Positions 18,886 through 29,376 of a stretch of DNA of 64,000 nt are shown piece by piece. Numbering within the stretch: the stretch's first letter is position 1; each line of letters starts with the position of its first letter. Source of the DNA: an uncultured Armatimonadetes bacterium (GTDB lineage: Bacteria; Armatimonadota; Hebobacteria; Hebobacterales; Hebobacteraceae). The notes beneath the pieces are model-generated. The model searched no databases. It saw nothing but the letters and a program-made list of their open reading frames with translations, and was not told where the DNA came from. The position numbers and the translations under genes are program-made. Location: the NCBI GenBank assembly GCA_963716175.1, contig OY970296.1:1696001-1760000 (forward strand), written 5' to 3'.

Positions 18886-20631
18886 GTGGCCGAGCCACTT
18901 GGATGCTTCGTACTGGTGTTGCATGGACACCTCCCATATGTGCTGGAGCACGGCGGCTGGCCGCATGGTAGCGAGACGCTGTTCGAGGCTGCGGCCGATT
19001 CCTACATACCGCTGCTGTGGACCCTGGAGGAGCTGGCTCACGAGGGGGTAACGCCTAGGGTAGTCATCAGCCTTTCCCCCGTCCTCCTGGAACAGCTTGC
19101 CGATGATGGCTTCAGGCAATGGTTCGTGGACTACTTAGAGGACACGATCCACTGGGCCGCGGAGAACGAACGGGAGTTCCGAGCCTCTGGCGACGGGCAT
19201 GCCGCATTCTTGGCCCGCCGCTGGCGGGAGCGTTACGAGGCCCTGCGCGAGAGCTTCTGTAACCGCTACAACCGCGACTTACCAGCGGCCTTCCGACGGC
19301 ATCAGGAGGCCGGGCACATCGAGATAATGACGAGTGCAGCCACCCATGCCTACCTGCCGCTTCTGCGGGAGGACGGCAGCGTGCAGCTTCAGACTAAGCT
19401 GGCCGTGGCCACCTACGAGAAGCACTTTGGCCGCTGGCCGCGGGCGATGTGGTTGCCCGAATGCGGCTACCGGCCGCGGGCGATGTGGGCACCGGCCCCA
19501 CAGATCGCGGGCCCGGAGGCACCTTATCCCCGCAAGGGCACCGAGGAATTCCTGGCAGAGAACGGCATCGACTACTTCATCATCGACACCCATATGCTGG
19601 GAGGCGGGGGACCAGAGCCTATCGAAGTCGACTGGCAACACACCTTGGGTAAGCTGTGGGGAGGAATTCGCAAGGCACGCGAGCCGCGGCCCTATTCCGG
19701 TGAGAAACGTCCCTACTTCCCCTACTTCGTCGGCCACTACTATGAGGACCATCCGCCTGTGGCCGTGTTTGCCAGAGATCCCGAAACCGGGGTCAAGGTG
19801 TGGAGCGCTGATCATGGCTACCCCGGCGACGCCGACTACTTAGAGTTCCATAGGAAGCACGCTCCGGGCACCCTCCGCTACTGGCGAGTCACGGGCCCAG
19901 AATGGGCACTCGGTGATAAGGACTGGTACCACCCGGATTGGGCGGAGGGGAAAGCTCGACTGCATGCTGGCAACTTCCTGTGGACGGTGAAGGAAACACT
20001 GCGCGCCCAGCCCCGTTCCGGCGGCCGGCTTCCCGTGCTGGTGGCGGCCTTTGACGCCGAGCTGTTCGGCCACTGGTGGCATGAGGGGCCTCTGTTCCTG
20101 GCCCATGCCCTGCGCTGGATGCATCAGGACCCCGACATCGAGGTGCTGACCGGCAGTGATTATCTGGCCCGCTACTCGCCCGAAACCGCGATCACCCTCC
20201 CCGAGGCATCCTGGGGAGCAGGCGGCGGCCATCAAGTCTGGCTGAACGACGAGACCAACTGGATCTGGCAGCGCATCCATGATGCCGAGCTAGACGTGAA
20301 GGCACTCCTGAACGACCATGGCTGCGGCCACGACAGTGCGATGCGGGCCTTGATCGAGCAGGCGCTGCGCCAGCTGGTGCTGCTACAGGCGTCGGACTGG
20401 CCGTTTCTCATCACCACCTGGACAGCCCGTGACTACGCGAGCCAGCGTGTGCACTGCCATCACTCTGACTTCAAGCGAGTGGCCGGGATAGCCCGCAGGT
20501 ACGGCCGGGGCGAACGACTCACGGAGGAGGAGCGGCACTACCTTGAGCATCTTCAGGAGCGGGACCGTCTCTTCCCGGAGATCGACCCCGCCTGGTTCGC
20601 GGAGGAGGCCAGGCCAGCTAGGTGGGCCTGA
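18886..20631 (+). CDS. GH57 1,4-alpha-glucan branching enzyme (DUF1957 C-terminal domain)
   Basis: LHGHLPYV, W..EA..DSYIPL, WLPECGY, YLEFH, FDAELFGHWW.EG and QASDWPFL motifs; RBS aggagg before GTG. Confidence 0.92.
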   Translation: MAEPLGCFVLVLHGHLPYVLEHGGWPHGSETLFEAAADSYIPLLWTLEELAHEGVTPRVVISLSPVLLEQLADDGFRQWFVDYLEDTIHWAAENEREFRASGDGHAAFLARRWRERYEALRESFCNRYNRDLPAAFRRHQEAGHIEIMTSAATHAYLPLLREDGSVQLQTKLAVATYEKHFGRWPRAMWLPECGYRPRAMWAPAPQIAGPEAPYPRKGTEEFLAENGIDYFIIDTHMLGGGGPEPIEVDWQHTLGKLWGGIRKAREPRPYSGEKRPYFPYFVGHYYEDHPPVAVFARDPETGVKVWSADHGYPGDADYLEFHRKHAPGTLRYWRVTGPEWALGDKDWYHPDWAEGKARLHAGNFLWTVKETLRAQPRSGGRLPVLVAAFDAELFGHWWHEGPLFLAHALRWMHQDPDIEVLTGSDYLARYSPETAITLPEASWGAGGGHQVWLNDETNWIWQRIHDAELDVKALLNDHGCGHDSAMRALIEQALRQLVLLQASDWPFLITTWTARDYASQRVHCHHSDFKRVAGIARRYGRGERLTEEERHYLEHLQERDRLFPEIDPAWFAEEARPARWA

Positions 20632-20964
20632 AGGCACCGCGTATCCATGGCTGGGGCGAGTGTGCTTCTCAACAGCACGCTGTGCAGACCGCCGGTAAGC
20701 GGGGCGCTCCTGACCATGCGGGCCAGAGGACTTCACCAGGACGACAGAAGAAGGTGAGTCGGTGTTCTCCTCCCCCCTTTTCGACGGTTGCATGGATCGG
20801 GGGAGACCTTTCCTGCTTCCTGCTGCACCCGCCACGCGAGATCGGTGTCATCCCCCTCGGCCTTTCCGGCCTGCTTTACAGGTGAGCCTGCAAACCTTCG
20901 AGATGGCCTCCTAGGCGGACAGGGCGATCAGGCAGATCGGGGGGTAGAACCACCAGCCCAAACG

Positions 20965-21234
20965 AGTTGCGCGCCACGAGCGCGGCCTGCGTCAACTACT
21001 ACAGCCGCGAGCGCTACCACGGGGCGCTGAGGAACGGGACGCCAGACGATGTCTACTTCGGCCGATAGGAAGCCATCCTGGCGCGGCGAAAGGCGCTCCA
21101 GGTCAGGAGCTTTGTGGCCCAGCGGGAGTACCACCGACGGATGGGAGAAGGGGACTCAGGATGCAGGGGCCGGAACATCCGAGGTACAGGTTAATGCAGC
21201 ACCCGTCTTGTCCCACTCTTGCTGACGCCGGACA
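20965..21234 (+). pseudogene. IS3-family transposase C-terminal remnant
   Basis: Translates [34 protein letters not shown], like the YN..RYH.AL.NVTP.DVYFGR..IL tail of IS3-family transposases; in-frame stop. Confidence 0.65.
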
Positions 21235-21284
21235 CCTCGATTCACCTCGGGTTCGCCAGCCTCGGCGCCCAGGAGAGACAGCCA

Positions 21285-22490
21285 ATGCCAGCTGATACGG
21301 TCGTGGTCATCTTGGCCGGCGGCAGAGGAGAGAGACTGCTGCCGCTGACCGAGCATCGGGCGAAACCGGCCGTCCCCTTCGGCGGCAAATACCGCATCGT
21401 CGACTTCGTCCTCTCCAACTGCATACACTCTGGCTTGAACACCATCATCTTTATTCCGCAGTATAAGTACGACTCCCTGCTTCGCCATCTGGACCTCGGC
21501 TGGGATATCTTCAATCCTGAAAGAGGCGAGTACCTGAGAACTGTTCCTCCCCAGATGCGGGTCTCGGAGGAGTGGTACCAAGGCACCGCTGATGCGGTCT
21601 ACCAGAACCTCTACTCCCTGAGCACCGAGAACCCGAGATATGTGTTGTTGCTATCCGCTGATCAAGTCTACAGACTCGACTACAGGAACGTGTTGCGTTT
21701 CCATGTTGACAAGGGAGCTGAATTGACAATCGCTGGAGTGCAGGTTGACAAGGAGAGCGCGAGAGGACTGGGGGTCATGTCGATTGACGATGAGCAGAGA
21801 GTGGTCGCTTTCGAGGAGAAGCCGGCAACCCCTGCGACCTTGCCTGGTCAGCCCGACCAGTCGCTCGTTTCCATGGCGGTCTACGCTCTTGGGTCCCGCA
21901 TCCTCGTTGAACAACTGGAAGAGGATATGGCCAATCACAGCAGCAGCCATGACTTCGGGAAAGACATCATTCCCAAGATGGTCCGGAACGGGAGGCGGGT
22001 GTACGCCTACGTGTTCAGGGACAGCACGACGGGTGAGACGGGTTACTGGCGGGATATCGGTACCATTGAGTCCTACTATGAGACGAACATGCAGTTGCTG
22101 GATCCCGAGCCGCCGTTTGATATCTACAGCGCAGACTGGCGGACGATCCAGCGACAGCTCCCGTCGGCCAAGATCGTTTTCAAGGCGCAGATTAGGGAGT
22201 CGATCGTCGGAGAGGGCTGTATCATTGACGAGAGCACAATCTCTCGCTCGATCTTGTCGCCGGGAGTCAGAGTCGGGCCGAGGACCCAGATTACGGAATC
22301 CATAGTCATGGAGGGGGTCGAGATTCAAGAAGGCGCTAGGGTCGTGAGAGCGATTATCGACAGAGACAACGTGATTCCAGCTGGGTCAAGCATCGAGGCC
22401 GGGAAGATGGACTATCGGGGCAGCGCCGAGGTAACCGCCTCAGGGATAGTGGTTATTCCTCGGGCCATTCCCCAATGGCATGGTCGATAG
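21285..22490 (+). CDS. glgC: Glucose-1-phosphate adenylyltransferase
   Basis: ILAGGRGERL.PLT..RAKPAVPFGGKYRIVDF, WYQGTADAVYQN, FEEKP, HDFGKDIIP and YWRDIGT motifs. Confidence 0.95.
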   Translation: MPADTVVVILAGGRGERLLPLTEHRAKPAVPFGGKYRIVDFVLSNCIHSGLNTIIFIPQYKYDSLLRHLDLGWDIFNPERGEYLRTVPPQMRVSEEWYQGTADAVYQNLYSLSTENPRYVLLLSADQVYRLDYRNVLRFHVDKGAELTIAGVQVDKESARGLGVMSIDDEQRVVAFEEKPATPATLPGQPDQSLVSMAVYALGSRILVEQLEEDMANHSSSHDFGKDIIPKMVRNGRRVYAYVFRDSTTGETGYWRDIGTIESYYETNMQLLDPEPPFDIYSADWRTIQRQLPSAKIVFKAQIRESIVGEGCIIDESTISRSILSPGVRVGPRTQITESIVMEGVEIQEGARVVRAIIDRDNVIPAGSSIEAGKMDYRGSAEVTASGIVVIPRAIPQWHGR

Positions 22491-23529
22491 CGAGCTATCA
22501 CTCTGGGTGAGGGAAGAATGCGCTGTCGTGACCTGCCCCGGTTGGGGTGCTCCCCGATCTTGATCCACCCGGAGTGAGGCCTTTTGTGGTAGGTGCGCAG
22601 GGCTGCGGCCACGACTGTGCTTGAACGGGTGGCTTCGGGCGTGCCGCACCTCCAGGCAGAGGGGGAGTTCCTCTGTCACGTCCAGGGCACGAAGCCCATG
22701 GTGTGGGTGAAGCAACCGCAGAGAAGGGCTGGTAGGGGCGTCCTGGTCGATAGGGTGAAGCCCTCTGTCTGACTGCCGCGGCCGCTTGGCCTAGGCGGCC
22801 GTCGTGGTAGTGAGAGCGGGAAGACGGAATGGGATGCGGAAGGGGCGGGTGCATCTTCTGGGTTCGGACTGCCGCGCCCCCGGGACTACGACCTCCCCTC
22901 GGGTCGCGGCGCGAGTCTCGGGTGCGAACGGACGGCTGCCGCCGTCGGTCCGGTATGCCCGAGCGGCCGCAAGTGGAGGGGAGGCAGGGGCCTGCATACT
23001 GTGTGACCGTCTGGTCACCCTGAGACCCATGTCGGGGAGTCGACTTGGTCCCATAGTGAGGTGGAGAACCCCCTGGCGTGGCCTGAGTCGCACTCCTAAG
23101 ACTGCACCAGACCGGGCACGAACTAGTGTTCCGGCGACACTGGGGCGGCTATGACCGCGGTCGCACGCCAATCTGACCTACACATACGGTCTTGGAGTGC
23201 CGGCGGGTGAGTCTCTGGACACTGCGGCGTTCGGCCGAAGGGGGTGCCTCCGGTGTCGCACCCGTCCATCATCCCGGTCAGGACGCGTCGCCGACCCGCT
23301 TCTGATCGCCGCCGCTCCCTTTGATACTCGCCCGTATCGCTACCATCGACCGCCTGATCTGTCGGCGCCGCAGCCTCCGTTCGCGCTTTCTGTGCCTGTC
23401 AGTCCCCTTCATCCTCTTGTCCCTTTCTCTACCAGCGTCATCTCTTCGTCGCTGGCCGGTGTGTACCCGATGTCATCAGCCGACTGCCCGAGGAGAAGCC
23501 AGCGCCTGTACCCTAAGGCGGCTGGAGAC

Positions 23530-23571
23530 AAAGCAAGAGGGCCGAGGCAAGCGCCATCCGCCTCGGCCCTC
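23530..23571 (-). terminator. Rho-independent terminator of groESL
   Basis: gagggccgaggc...gcctcggccctc 12-bp stem followed by ttgcttt on the minus strand. Confidence 0.65.
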
Positions 23572-23581
23572 GCCGCGGAGA

Positions 23582-25198
23582 TCAGTACTCAGGCGGCGGG
23601 GCGGGTGCCGGCATCTCCTTCTCCGGCTTCTCGGCGACCAGCGCCTCGGTGGTCAGCAGCATGCTCGCGATGGAGGCGGCGTTCTCGAGCGCGAAGCGCG
23701 TCACTTTCACCGGATCCATGATCCCGGCCTTCGCCATGTCCTCGATCTGCTCGGTGATGGCGTTGAAGCCGATGCCAGGTTTCTCGGCCTTCACCCTGGC
23801 GACGATCACGGAGCCCTCGGCGCCGGCGTTGTGGGCGATGGTGCGCAGCGGCTCCTCCAGGGCGCGGCGGACGATGTCGACGCCGACCTTCTCATCGCCC
23901 CGGACCTCCCTGCGGACCTTGTCGAGAACATGGGCCACGTTGAGATAGGTCACGCCACCACCGGGCACCATGCCCTCCTCGACTCCCGCGCGGGCGGCGG
24001 AGAGGGCGTCCTCGAAGCGGTGCTTCTTCTCCTTGAGCTCGGTCTCAGTGGCCGCGCCGACCTTGATCACGGCGACGCCGCCGGCCAGCTTGCCGAGGCG
24101 CTCCTGGAGCTTCTCGCGGTCATAGGAGGAGTCAGTCTCCTCGATCTGGCGACGGATCTGGTCCATGCGACCCTCGATGGCTTTGTGGGAGCCGGCGCCC
24201 TCGACGATGGTGGTGTCCTCTTTGGTGATGACGACCTTCTTGGCATGGCCGAGCTCGTTGAGGGCGACGTTCTCGAGCTTCATGCCGAGGTCCTTGGAGA
24301 GGAACGTGCCGCCGGTGAGGGTGGCGATGTCATCCATCACCGCCTTGCGGCGATCGCCGAAGCCGGGGGCCTTCACCGCGGCGGCCTGAACGGTGCCCCG
24401 GATCTTGTTGACGACCAGGGTGGCCAGCGCCTCACCGTCAACCTCTTCGGCGATGATGATGAGGGGCCGGCGGGAGGCGGCGACCTTCTCGAGGAGGGGC
24501 AGGATGTCTGCGACTACGCTGATCTTCTCCTCGTGAATCAGGATGAACGGATCTTCGAGCACCGCTTCCATGCGCTCGGGATCGGTGACGAAGTAGGGGG
24601 AGATGTAGCCCTTGTCGAACTGCATGCCTTCGACCACCTCCACGGTGGTTTCGGTGCCCTTGGACTCCTCGACCGTGATGACGCCTTCCTTGCCCACCTG
24701 GTCCATGGCGTCGGCGACAAAGCGGCCCAGTTCGGGGTCATTGCCGGCGATGGAGGCGATGTGCTCGATCGCCGCCTTGGTGTCCACCGGCTTGGCGATG
24801 CGCTTGATCTCGGCCACCACCGCTTCCACGGCCCTCTCAATGCCCCGCTTGAGCGGCATCGGGTTGATGCCAGCGGCGACCATCTTCATGCCTTCCCCGA
24901 GGATGGCTTCGGCGAGAACGGTGGCGGTGGTGGTACCGTCGCCGGCGACGTCCTTGGTCTTGGAGGCAACCTCACGCACGAGCTGGGCCCCCATGTTTTC
25001 GTAGGGCTCCTCCAGCTCGATCTCCTTGGCCACGGCCACGCCATCCTTGGTGATGGTGGGGGAACCCCACTTCTTGCTGAGGACCACGTTCCGGCCCTTG
25101 GGACCGAGCGTAGCTTTCACGGCGGCCGCGACCGCCCTCACCCCACGCTGCAGGGCTCGGCGCGCGTCTTCACTATAGCAGAGCATCTTGGCTGGCAT
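23582..25198 (-). CDS. groL: Chaperonin GroEL
   Basis: [42 protein letters not shown] and [10 protein letters not shown] motifs. Confidence 0.98.
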   Translation of the reverse strand: MPAKMLCYSEDARRALQRGVRAVAAAVKATLGPKGRNVVLSKKWGSPTITKDGVAVAKEIELEEPYENMGAQLVREVASKTKDVAGDGTTTATVLAEAILGEGMKMVAAGINPMPLKRGIERAVEAVVAEIKRIAKPVDTKAAIEHIASIAGNDPELGRFVADAMDQVGKEGVITVEESKGTETTVEVVEGMQFDKGYISPYFVTDPERMEAVLEDPFILIHEEKISVVADILPLLEKVAASRRPLIIIAEEVDGEALATLVVNKIRGTVQAAAVKAPGFGDRRKAVMDDIATLTGGTFLSKDLGMKLENVALNELGHAKKVVITKEDTTIVEGAGSHKAIEGRMDQIRRQIEETDSSYDREKLQERLGKLAGGVAVIKVGAATETELKEKKHRFEDALSAARAGVEEGMVPGGGVTYLNVAHVLDKVRREVRGDEKVGVDIVRRALEEPLRTIAHNAGAEGSVIVARVKAEKPGIGFNAITEQIEDMAKAGIMDPVKVTRFALENAASIASMLLTTEALVAEKPEKEMPAPAPPPEY

Positions 25199-25239
25199 TC
25201 CTCTGACCCTCCTCTCTCTGGTGCACTGCGGCCAAGGAC

Positions 25240-25551
25240 CTACTTCTTGCCCTTAGCCTTCTTCGGCTCCGGGTTGATGGCGAGCACTGATCCTTCATCC
25301 AGGATCACCAGATCCTCACCGTCCACCGTGATCTCGGTGCCGCCATACTTGGTGTAGACGACGATATCACCCACTGACACTTCCATAGGGGCGCGCTTTC
25401 CACTGTCGAGCACCTTGCCCGCACCCACCGCCACCACTTCACCCTCCTGCGGCTTCTTCCTGGCCGTGTCGGGGAGGACGATTCCTCCCTTGGTCACCTC
25501 TTCCTCGGGGCCAGGCCTCACCACGATGTGGTCCCCAAGCGGCTTCAGCAT
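25240..25551 (-). CDS. groS: Co-chaperonin GroES
   Basis: [40 protein letters not shown]. Confidence 0.98.
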   Translation of the reverse strand: MLKPLGDHIVVRPGPEEEVTKGGIVLPDTARKKPQEGEVVAVGAGKVLDSGKRAPMEVSVGDIVVYTKYGGTEITVDGEDLVILDEGSVLAINPEPKKAKGKK

Positions 25552-25983
25552 ACCATCACCTCCGTCTTGTGACTGCCACGCTCAGCGCCAACGCCAGAGC
25601 TGTGGCCCGCCGTCCGGCCCTGTGAGCGCTTCGCACAGGAAGACTAACACGGCCCGTGTGCGGCCGTTGTATGAAGAACCCCAACACTACCAAGAAGGGC
25701 GATAAGGCCTCGCACCGCGGCCCTGCCTCCGTGGGTCGCGCCACGGCGGCATTGTGTTGGCACGGGTACTCGGCCGCCTCTTCCCAACTGAAGATGACCG
25801 CCCTTGCCCGTACTGTCTCCATAGGACGGGCGGAGACGGCGAAGGAGAATCTGCGCACGGCAGGACTCGGGGTGAGAGGGGAATCGCCTCTGCAGGATTC
25901 TGCAAAGGCGATTGATACCCGGGCCGAACTCGCCTCTGTGGCGGCCGCCTCCCACGACACCTTCGCCTCGGAGCGGGAGGACA

Positions 25984-26118
25984 CTACTTGGAGCAGGAGC
26001 CCTCGGGCTTGCAGGTCTCCTTCTTCTCGGTTTCGCAGCTCTGCTTCTTCTCGGTCTCGCAGACCTCTTTCTTCTCAGTCTCGCAGGTCTGCTTCTTCTC
26101 CTTCTCGCAGTCTCCCAT
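25984..26118 (-). CDS. 44-aa Cys-rich octad-repeat peptide MGDCEKEKKQTCETEKKEVCETEKKQSCETEKKETCKPEGSCSK
   Basis: Strong RBS aggagg 7 nt before ATG; 24-bp repeat units that vary synonymously (acc/act, aag/aaa), consistent with coding. Confidence 0.65.
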   Translation of the reverse strand: MGDCEKEKKQTCETEKKEVCETEKKQSCETEKKETCKPEGSCSK

Positions 26119-26223
26119 TTCACGTCCTCCTATTGTCTGTATGCAGTCTATTTGGGGGCCAGTCCTCAGTATCCTGCCGTGCGCATCAACAAATGCGAAT
26201 ACTTGTGACGGTTGTCGCAGTAT

Positions 26224-26457
26224 CCAGAAACTCATCTAGGCTTCCAGGACGCTCCTGCAGACCAATCGTGGTATTCCCGGCGATCGCTGACATGCCTGTG
26301 TCGGGAGGCCGCCGAGGATGGGCGGGGATGCTGAGCTGAGATTGGACCGGGCGGGCCTGCCGGTGATTACCGCCGTGGCGCGGCTCCTCTGAGCTACCGC
26401 TCCCATCCGCGACGAAACCCCGGACAATGACTTCAAGCCGAGCGGGTGGCCGGAGTC
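26224..26457. repeat. Island repeat family, copy B
   Basis: ccagaaactcatct...cctgtgtcgggaggccgccgaggatgggcgggga...ccgtggcgcggct...cccatccgcgacgaaaccccggacaatga...gccgagcgggtggccggagtc. Confidence 0.8.
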
Positions 26458-27079
26458 AAGGGGAGCCCGGGGCCACTCGCCCCCCGAAGAGGCCGCCCAG
26501 TCCCATCAGTGGCTCGAATCCACCGGTCAGATCAACTCCCCACTTGCCGTTCTCCTTGGCAAGGGCAAGCGGCAGCCTTAGCGATTGGACCGATTCGCCT
26601 TGTTTGATGGTCTGGTCGATCGTCACCGTGGCCCGATCGCCGGTCACCTCAACCGCCGTCGCCCGCCAGGACAATTCCCTGGGCTGTCCGGTCTTGGCTG
26701 TGGTCTGGCCCGGCCTAGCCTGCTGCTCGAGGGGGCCCAGGAGTTGCTGCGTCTCCGTGGTGCAGAGCTCCCGCGTCCTGCCGGTGTCTCCTTCGTAGAT
26801 GGAGCGCATGAAGGCCTTTGCCGTCGCTCTCGGTGAGTTGGGGGTGACCAGGTCCAAGACCTGGTAGTACCAGGCGCCGGCCACAATCGCTGCCAGCACT
26901 ACCAGGGAGAACAGCTTACCGTAGAGGCCTGAGGGCCGCTTTATCTTCACCGGAAGACGGCGCACCAGCGTTGACGGCCGCCACGCGGAAGGAGGCGGCA
27001 CATACGGGGGAGTCGCGGAAGAACCAGGAGGCGGAGACGCGGGCTCCTGCCCTCCTCCGAGGGGCTGCAACGAGTCCAT
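26456..27079 (-). CDS. Membrane protein with DUF4878/NTF2-like C-terminal domain
   Basis: RBS aggaggtag; Pro-rich N-terminus, one TM helix, SP..TAK.F..GD, GD.A.V and L.KENGKW.V motifs. Confidence 0.7.
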   Translation of the reverse strand: MDSLQPLGGGQEPASPPPGSSATPPYVPPPSAWRPSTLVRRLPVKIKRPSGLYGKLFSLVVLAAIVAGAWYYQVLDLVTPNSPRATAKAFMRSIYEGDTGRTRELCTTETQQLLGPLEQQARPGQTTAKTGQPRELSWRATAVEVTGDRATVTIDQTIKQGESVQSLRLPLALAKENGKWGVDLTGGFEPLMGLGGLFGGRVAPGSP

Positions 27080-27283
27080 TCCACTACCTCCTGGCGGGGC
27101 GGTCGGGACCGATCGCACAACGAGAAACGACTATCCGATTCGCCGGGAAGAATCCTGCCTCGCCTCCGGGTGGCATGTACCGATACACCGCCACTTCTGG
27201 TGTCCGGCTCTCCTCCTGCAGCAAGGTGTCTGTGCTGCGAGCACCTCCTCAACACTTACAGGGGGAGACCGTCCTATGATAGC

Positions 27284-27416
27284 CCAGAAACTCATCTGGC
27301 CTCAGAGCCCGTGTAGAGCCCATAGTGTGGTATTCTCCCCCCTCGTGCATACCCCTGTGTCGGGAGGCCGCCGAGGATGGGCGGGGAGGCCCAGCGGGGA
27401 CTGGACTGGGCGGGGA
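27284..27416. repeat. Island repeat family, copy C (left part)
   Basis: ccagaaactcatctggc...agagcccatagtgtgg; exact 34-bp match (27354-27387) to copy B (26295-26328). Confidence 0.8.
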
Positions 27417-27547
27417 TTCCCGGCGCCGCTTGACCTTCGGCCCTGAAATGGGCCCGCAGTTCGTCATCAGCGTGTCGCCGAGTGGGCACCGTAGGGCCAG
27501 AATCGCGCAGACGAGTCTCCGAATACTGCGTGCTGGGCAAGCGGTGG

Positions 27548-28105
27548 CTACCGCACCCACTCAAACGGGGCCGGGCGACGCTCTGGCGGACCGGGCTTCT
27601 CACTGGGATAGCCGACGATGGCAGCGGCCATCAGTTCGTGTCCCTCAGGCAGGTGCAGCAACTCGCGCACTTCGTCATCCTCCCTCCCGAACATGAGGAA
27701 TCCGACGTAGCAGGTGCCCAACCCCTTCGCATGGGCCGCGAGGAACAGGTTCTCGGCGGCGAGTTGGCAGTCGATCATCGCAGTTGGCGCCGTGGGGTCG
27801 CCGGAGATGATGATCACGGCTGGCGCGTTGTAGAAGATGCTGAACTCGGGATCGCTCAGCACCTGGCGCAGCCCTTCGTTGACCAGGCTCTCTGCCGGGG
27901 CCGGGGCCAGCAGCAGGGCCTTGATGCGCTCGTTGAGCTTCGCCATCACCTGGCGATTCGTGATAACCGTGAAAGCCCAGGGCTGGCTGTTCATCCCGGT
28001 CGGTGCAAGGATCGCCAGCTCCTTCAGCAGGGCTTCGCTTACGGGCCGGTCTTCATAGGAGCGGATCGAACGCCGCGTTCGTACCACCTCGAAGAAATCA
28101 GGCAC
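27548..28105 (-). CDS. Nitroreductase family protein
   Basis: TRRSIRSY, APT..NSQPW.F.V, NAP, D..LAAENL.LAA..GLGTC and GYP motifs. Confidence 0.92.
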   Translation of the reverse strand: MPDFFEVVRTRRSIRSYEDRPVSEALLKELAILAPTGMNSQPWAFTVITNRQVMAKLNERIKALLLAPAPAESLVNEGLRQVLSDPEFSIFYNAPAVIIISGDPTAPTAMIDCQLAAENLFLAAHAKGLGTCYVGFLMFGREDDEVRELLHLPEGHELMAAAIVGYPSEKPGPPERRPAPFEWVR

Positions 28106-28334
28106 TGCCTCTGCTCCCGACGTGCAAAGTCGCGAGGCTGGATTGCGTCCGGCTCTCCGTGACCAAGCCGCGCCTGGGAAGCCGCCAGACCAGCTAGAGG
28201 CTGCCACGTGAGCACAGGCCAGTTGGCTTCTTCAGCGTGGTGGACGGTCCTCCCTCGCGAGCCGCCGAAGCGGCCACGCGATCGTACAACCGCCCTTCTG
28301 CTGACGACGTATGCGCCGGAACCCCACACAACTA

Positions 28335-28375
28335 GCCGAGGGGGTAGCAGGAGTCGGGGGTGGCCGGGGGCCGTC
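28335..28375. repeat. Island repeat family, copy D (right end)
   Basis: gccgagggggtagcaggagtcgggggtggccgggggc, 35/37 identical to the end of copy A. Confidence 0.8.
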
Positions 28376-28725
28376 GGCGGGGATGCTTCAGCGGAAGCAG
28401 AGCGAGGGGCTGGCCGCGTTCACTCTGCCTCTGTACCTGCCGGCAATGGCCTCGGATCAGTCCTGGAACGCTACGACAGGCGCGGGTATAATGTGGACCT
28501 CTCGCATGACCGCTGACCTCCACGCCGAGATCATCGCCATCAAGCGCGCGGTCTGCGCGGTGCCGCAGTATCGGAAGAACCTGCTCTCGGTTCATGTCTA
28601 CGAGGCCGTGCTGGAGTACGGCATCCGCGGGCTGGATGCGTTCTGGCAGCGGTGGGCAGCCAGATACGGACAAGGGTGAAGCCAACTCCGTATTACCGTC
28701 GAATCACTGGAAACGGAGGCGTGAC

Positions 28726-29376
28726 ATGCAGGGCGTGGGCATAGGGGCAAGTAAGCCAGATGTGAACGTGTCGGGCACCGTCTTCACCCGGGTCTTCTGG
28801 CTCTACGGTCTCTACACACTGCTCTCGAACGCGACCTTCCTCTTCGGTTACTTCATCCTGCCGGAGGGCTTCATGCGGGGGAGTCCGCAGGTCGCCGTCG
28901 GCCGCGCGGCGCATACCGGCGAGTTCTGGTCGGAGTTCGGGCTCACGCTGCTGTTCAACATCGCCGGAGTCGTCACCCTCTGCGTGGTGCTCAACTTCAA
29001 CCAGGTGAAGAGGATACCGATGGGCTACATCATGCCCGTCTCGCTGGGCGTGGTGACAGGTCTGATCTCGGGCACCAACTCCTTCGCTGCCAGCGACCTC
29101 TCTCGCTACTCGGCGCGTGAGGGCATGGCGCTGGGCATCAGCATCGGCGGCCTGGAGATGCTGGGGTACATCCTGGTCATCGCCGCTACCGTGAGGTACG
29201 GCGTCTACCAGTACCGGAGCTGGTGGCGGTGGAACGGCGAATGGAAGCCGATGAAGGTGATGAACCTGAGAGAGGTCCGGCTAACCCGTCCTGAATGGTA
29301 CTGCCTGGCTCTGGGCCTACTCCTGATCCTCACCGGCGCGTACCGGGAGACACTCTTCGCTCTCCGCGGTCACTAG
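28726..29376 (+). CDS. Multi-pass membrane protein (SpoIIM-like C-terminal pattern)
   Basis: RBS ggaggc; about 5 hydrophobic segments; G.LE..GY and LL...A..E motifs. Confidence 0.65.
   Translation: MQGVGIGASKPDVNVSGTVFTRVFWLYGLYTLLSNATFLFGYFILPEGFMRGSPQVAVGRAAHTGEFWSEFGLTLLFNIAGVVTLCVVLNFNQVKRIPMGYIMPVSLGVVTGLISGTNSFAASDLSRYSAREGMALGISIGGLEMLGYILVIAATVRYGVYQYRSWWRWNGEWKPMKVMNLREVRLTRPEWYCLALGLLLILTGAYRETLFALRGH

Noticed and set aside
23321-25357. 678-aa plus-strand ORF
   Set aside because: Codon-aligned antisense shadow of groEL/groES, typical of high-GC genes; no independent motifs
25560-25790. CIRCE operator upstream of groES
   Set aside because: Only weak ttggcgct/ttggcac half-sites; no properly spaced inverted repeat
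25984-26118. SCIFF/ranthipeptide assignment for the six-Cys peptide
   Set aside because: Cys spacing and sequence differ from SCIFF and no radical SAM gene is adjacent; kept only as an unknown peptide
28379-28679. Protein-like fragment (…ADLHAEIIAIKRAVC…GLDAFWQRWAARY)
   Set aside because: Possibly a gene remnant, but no family or start could be assigned
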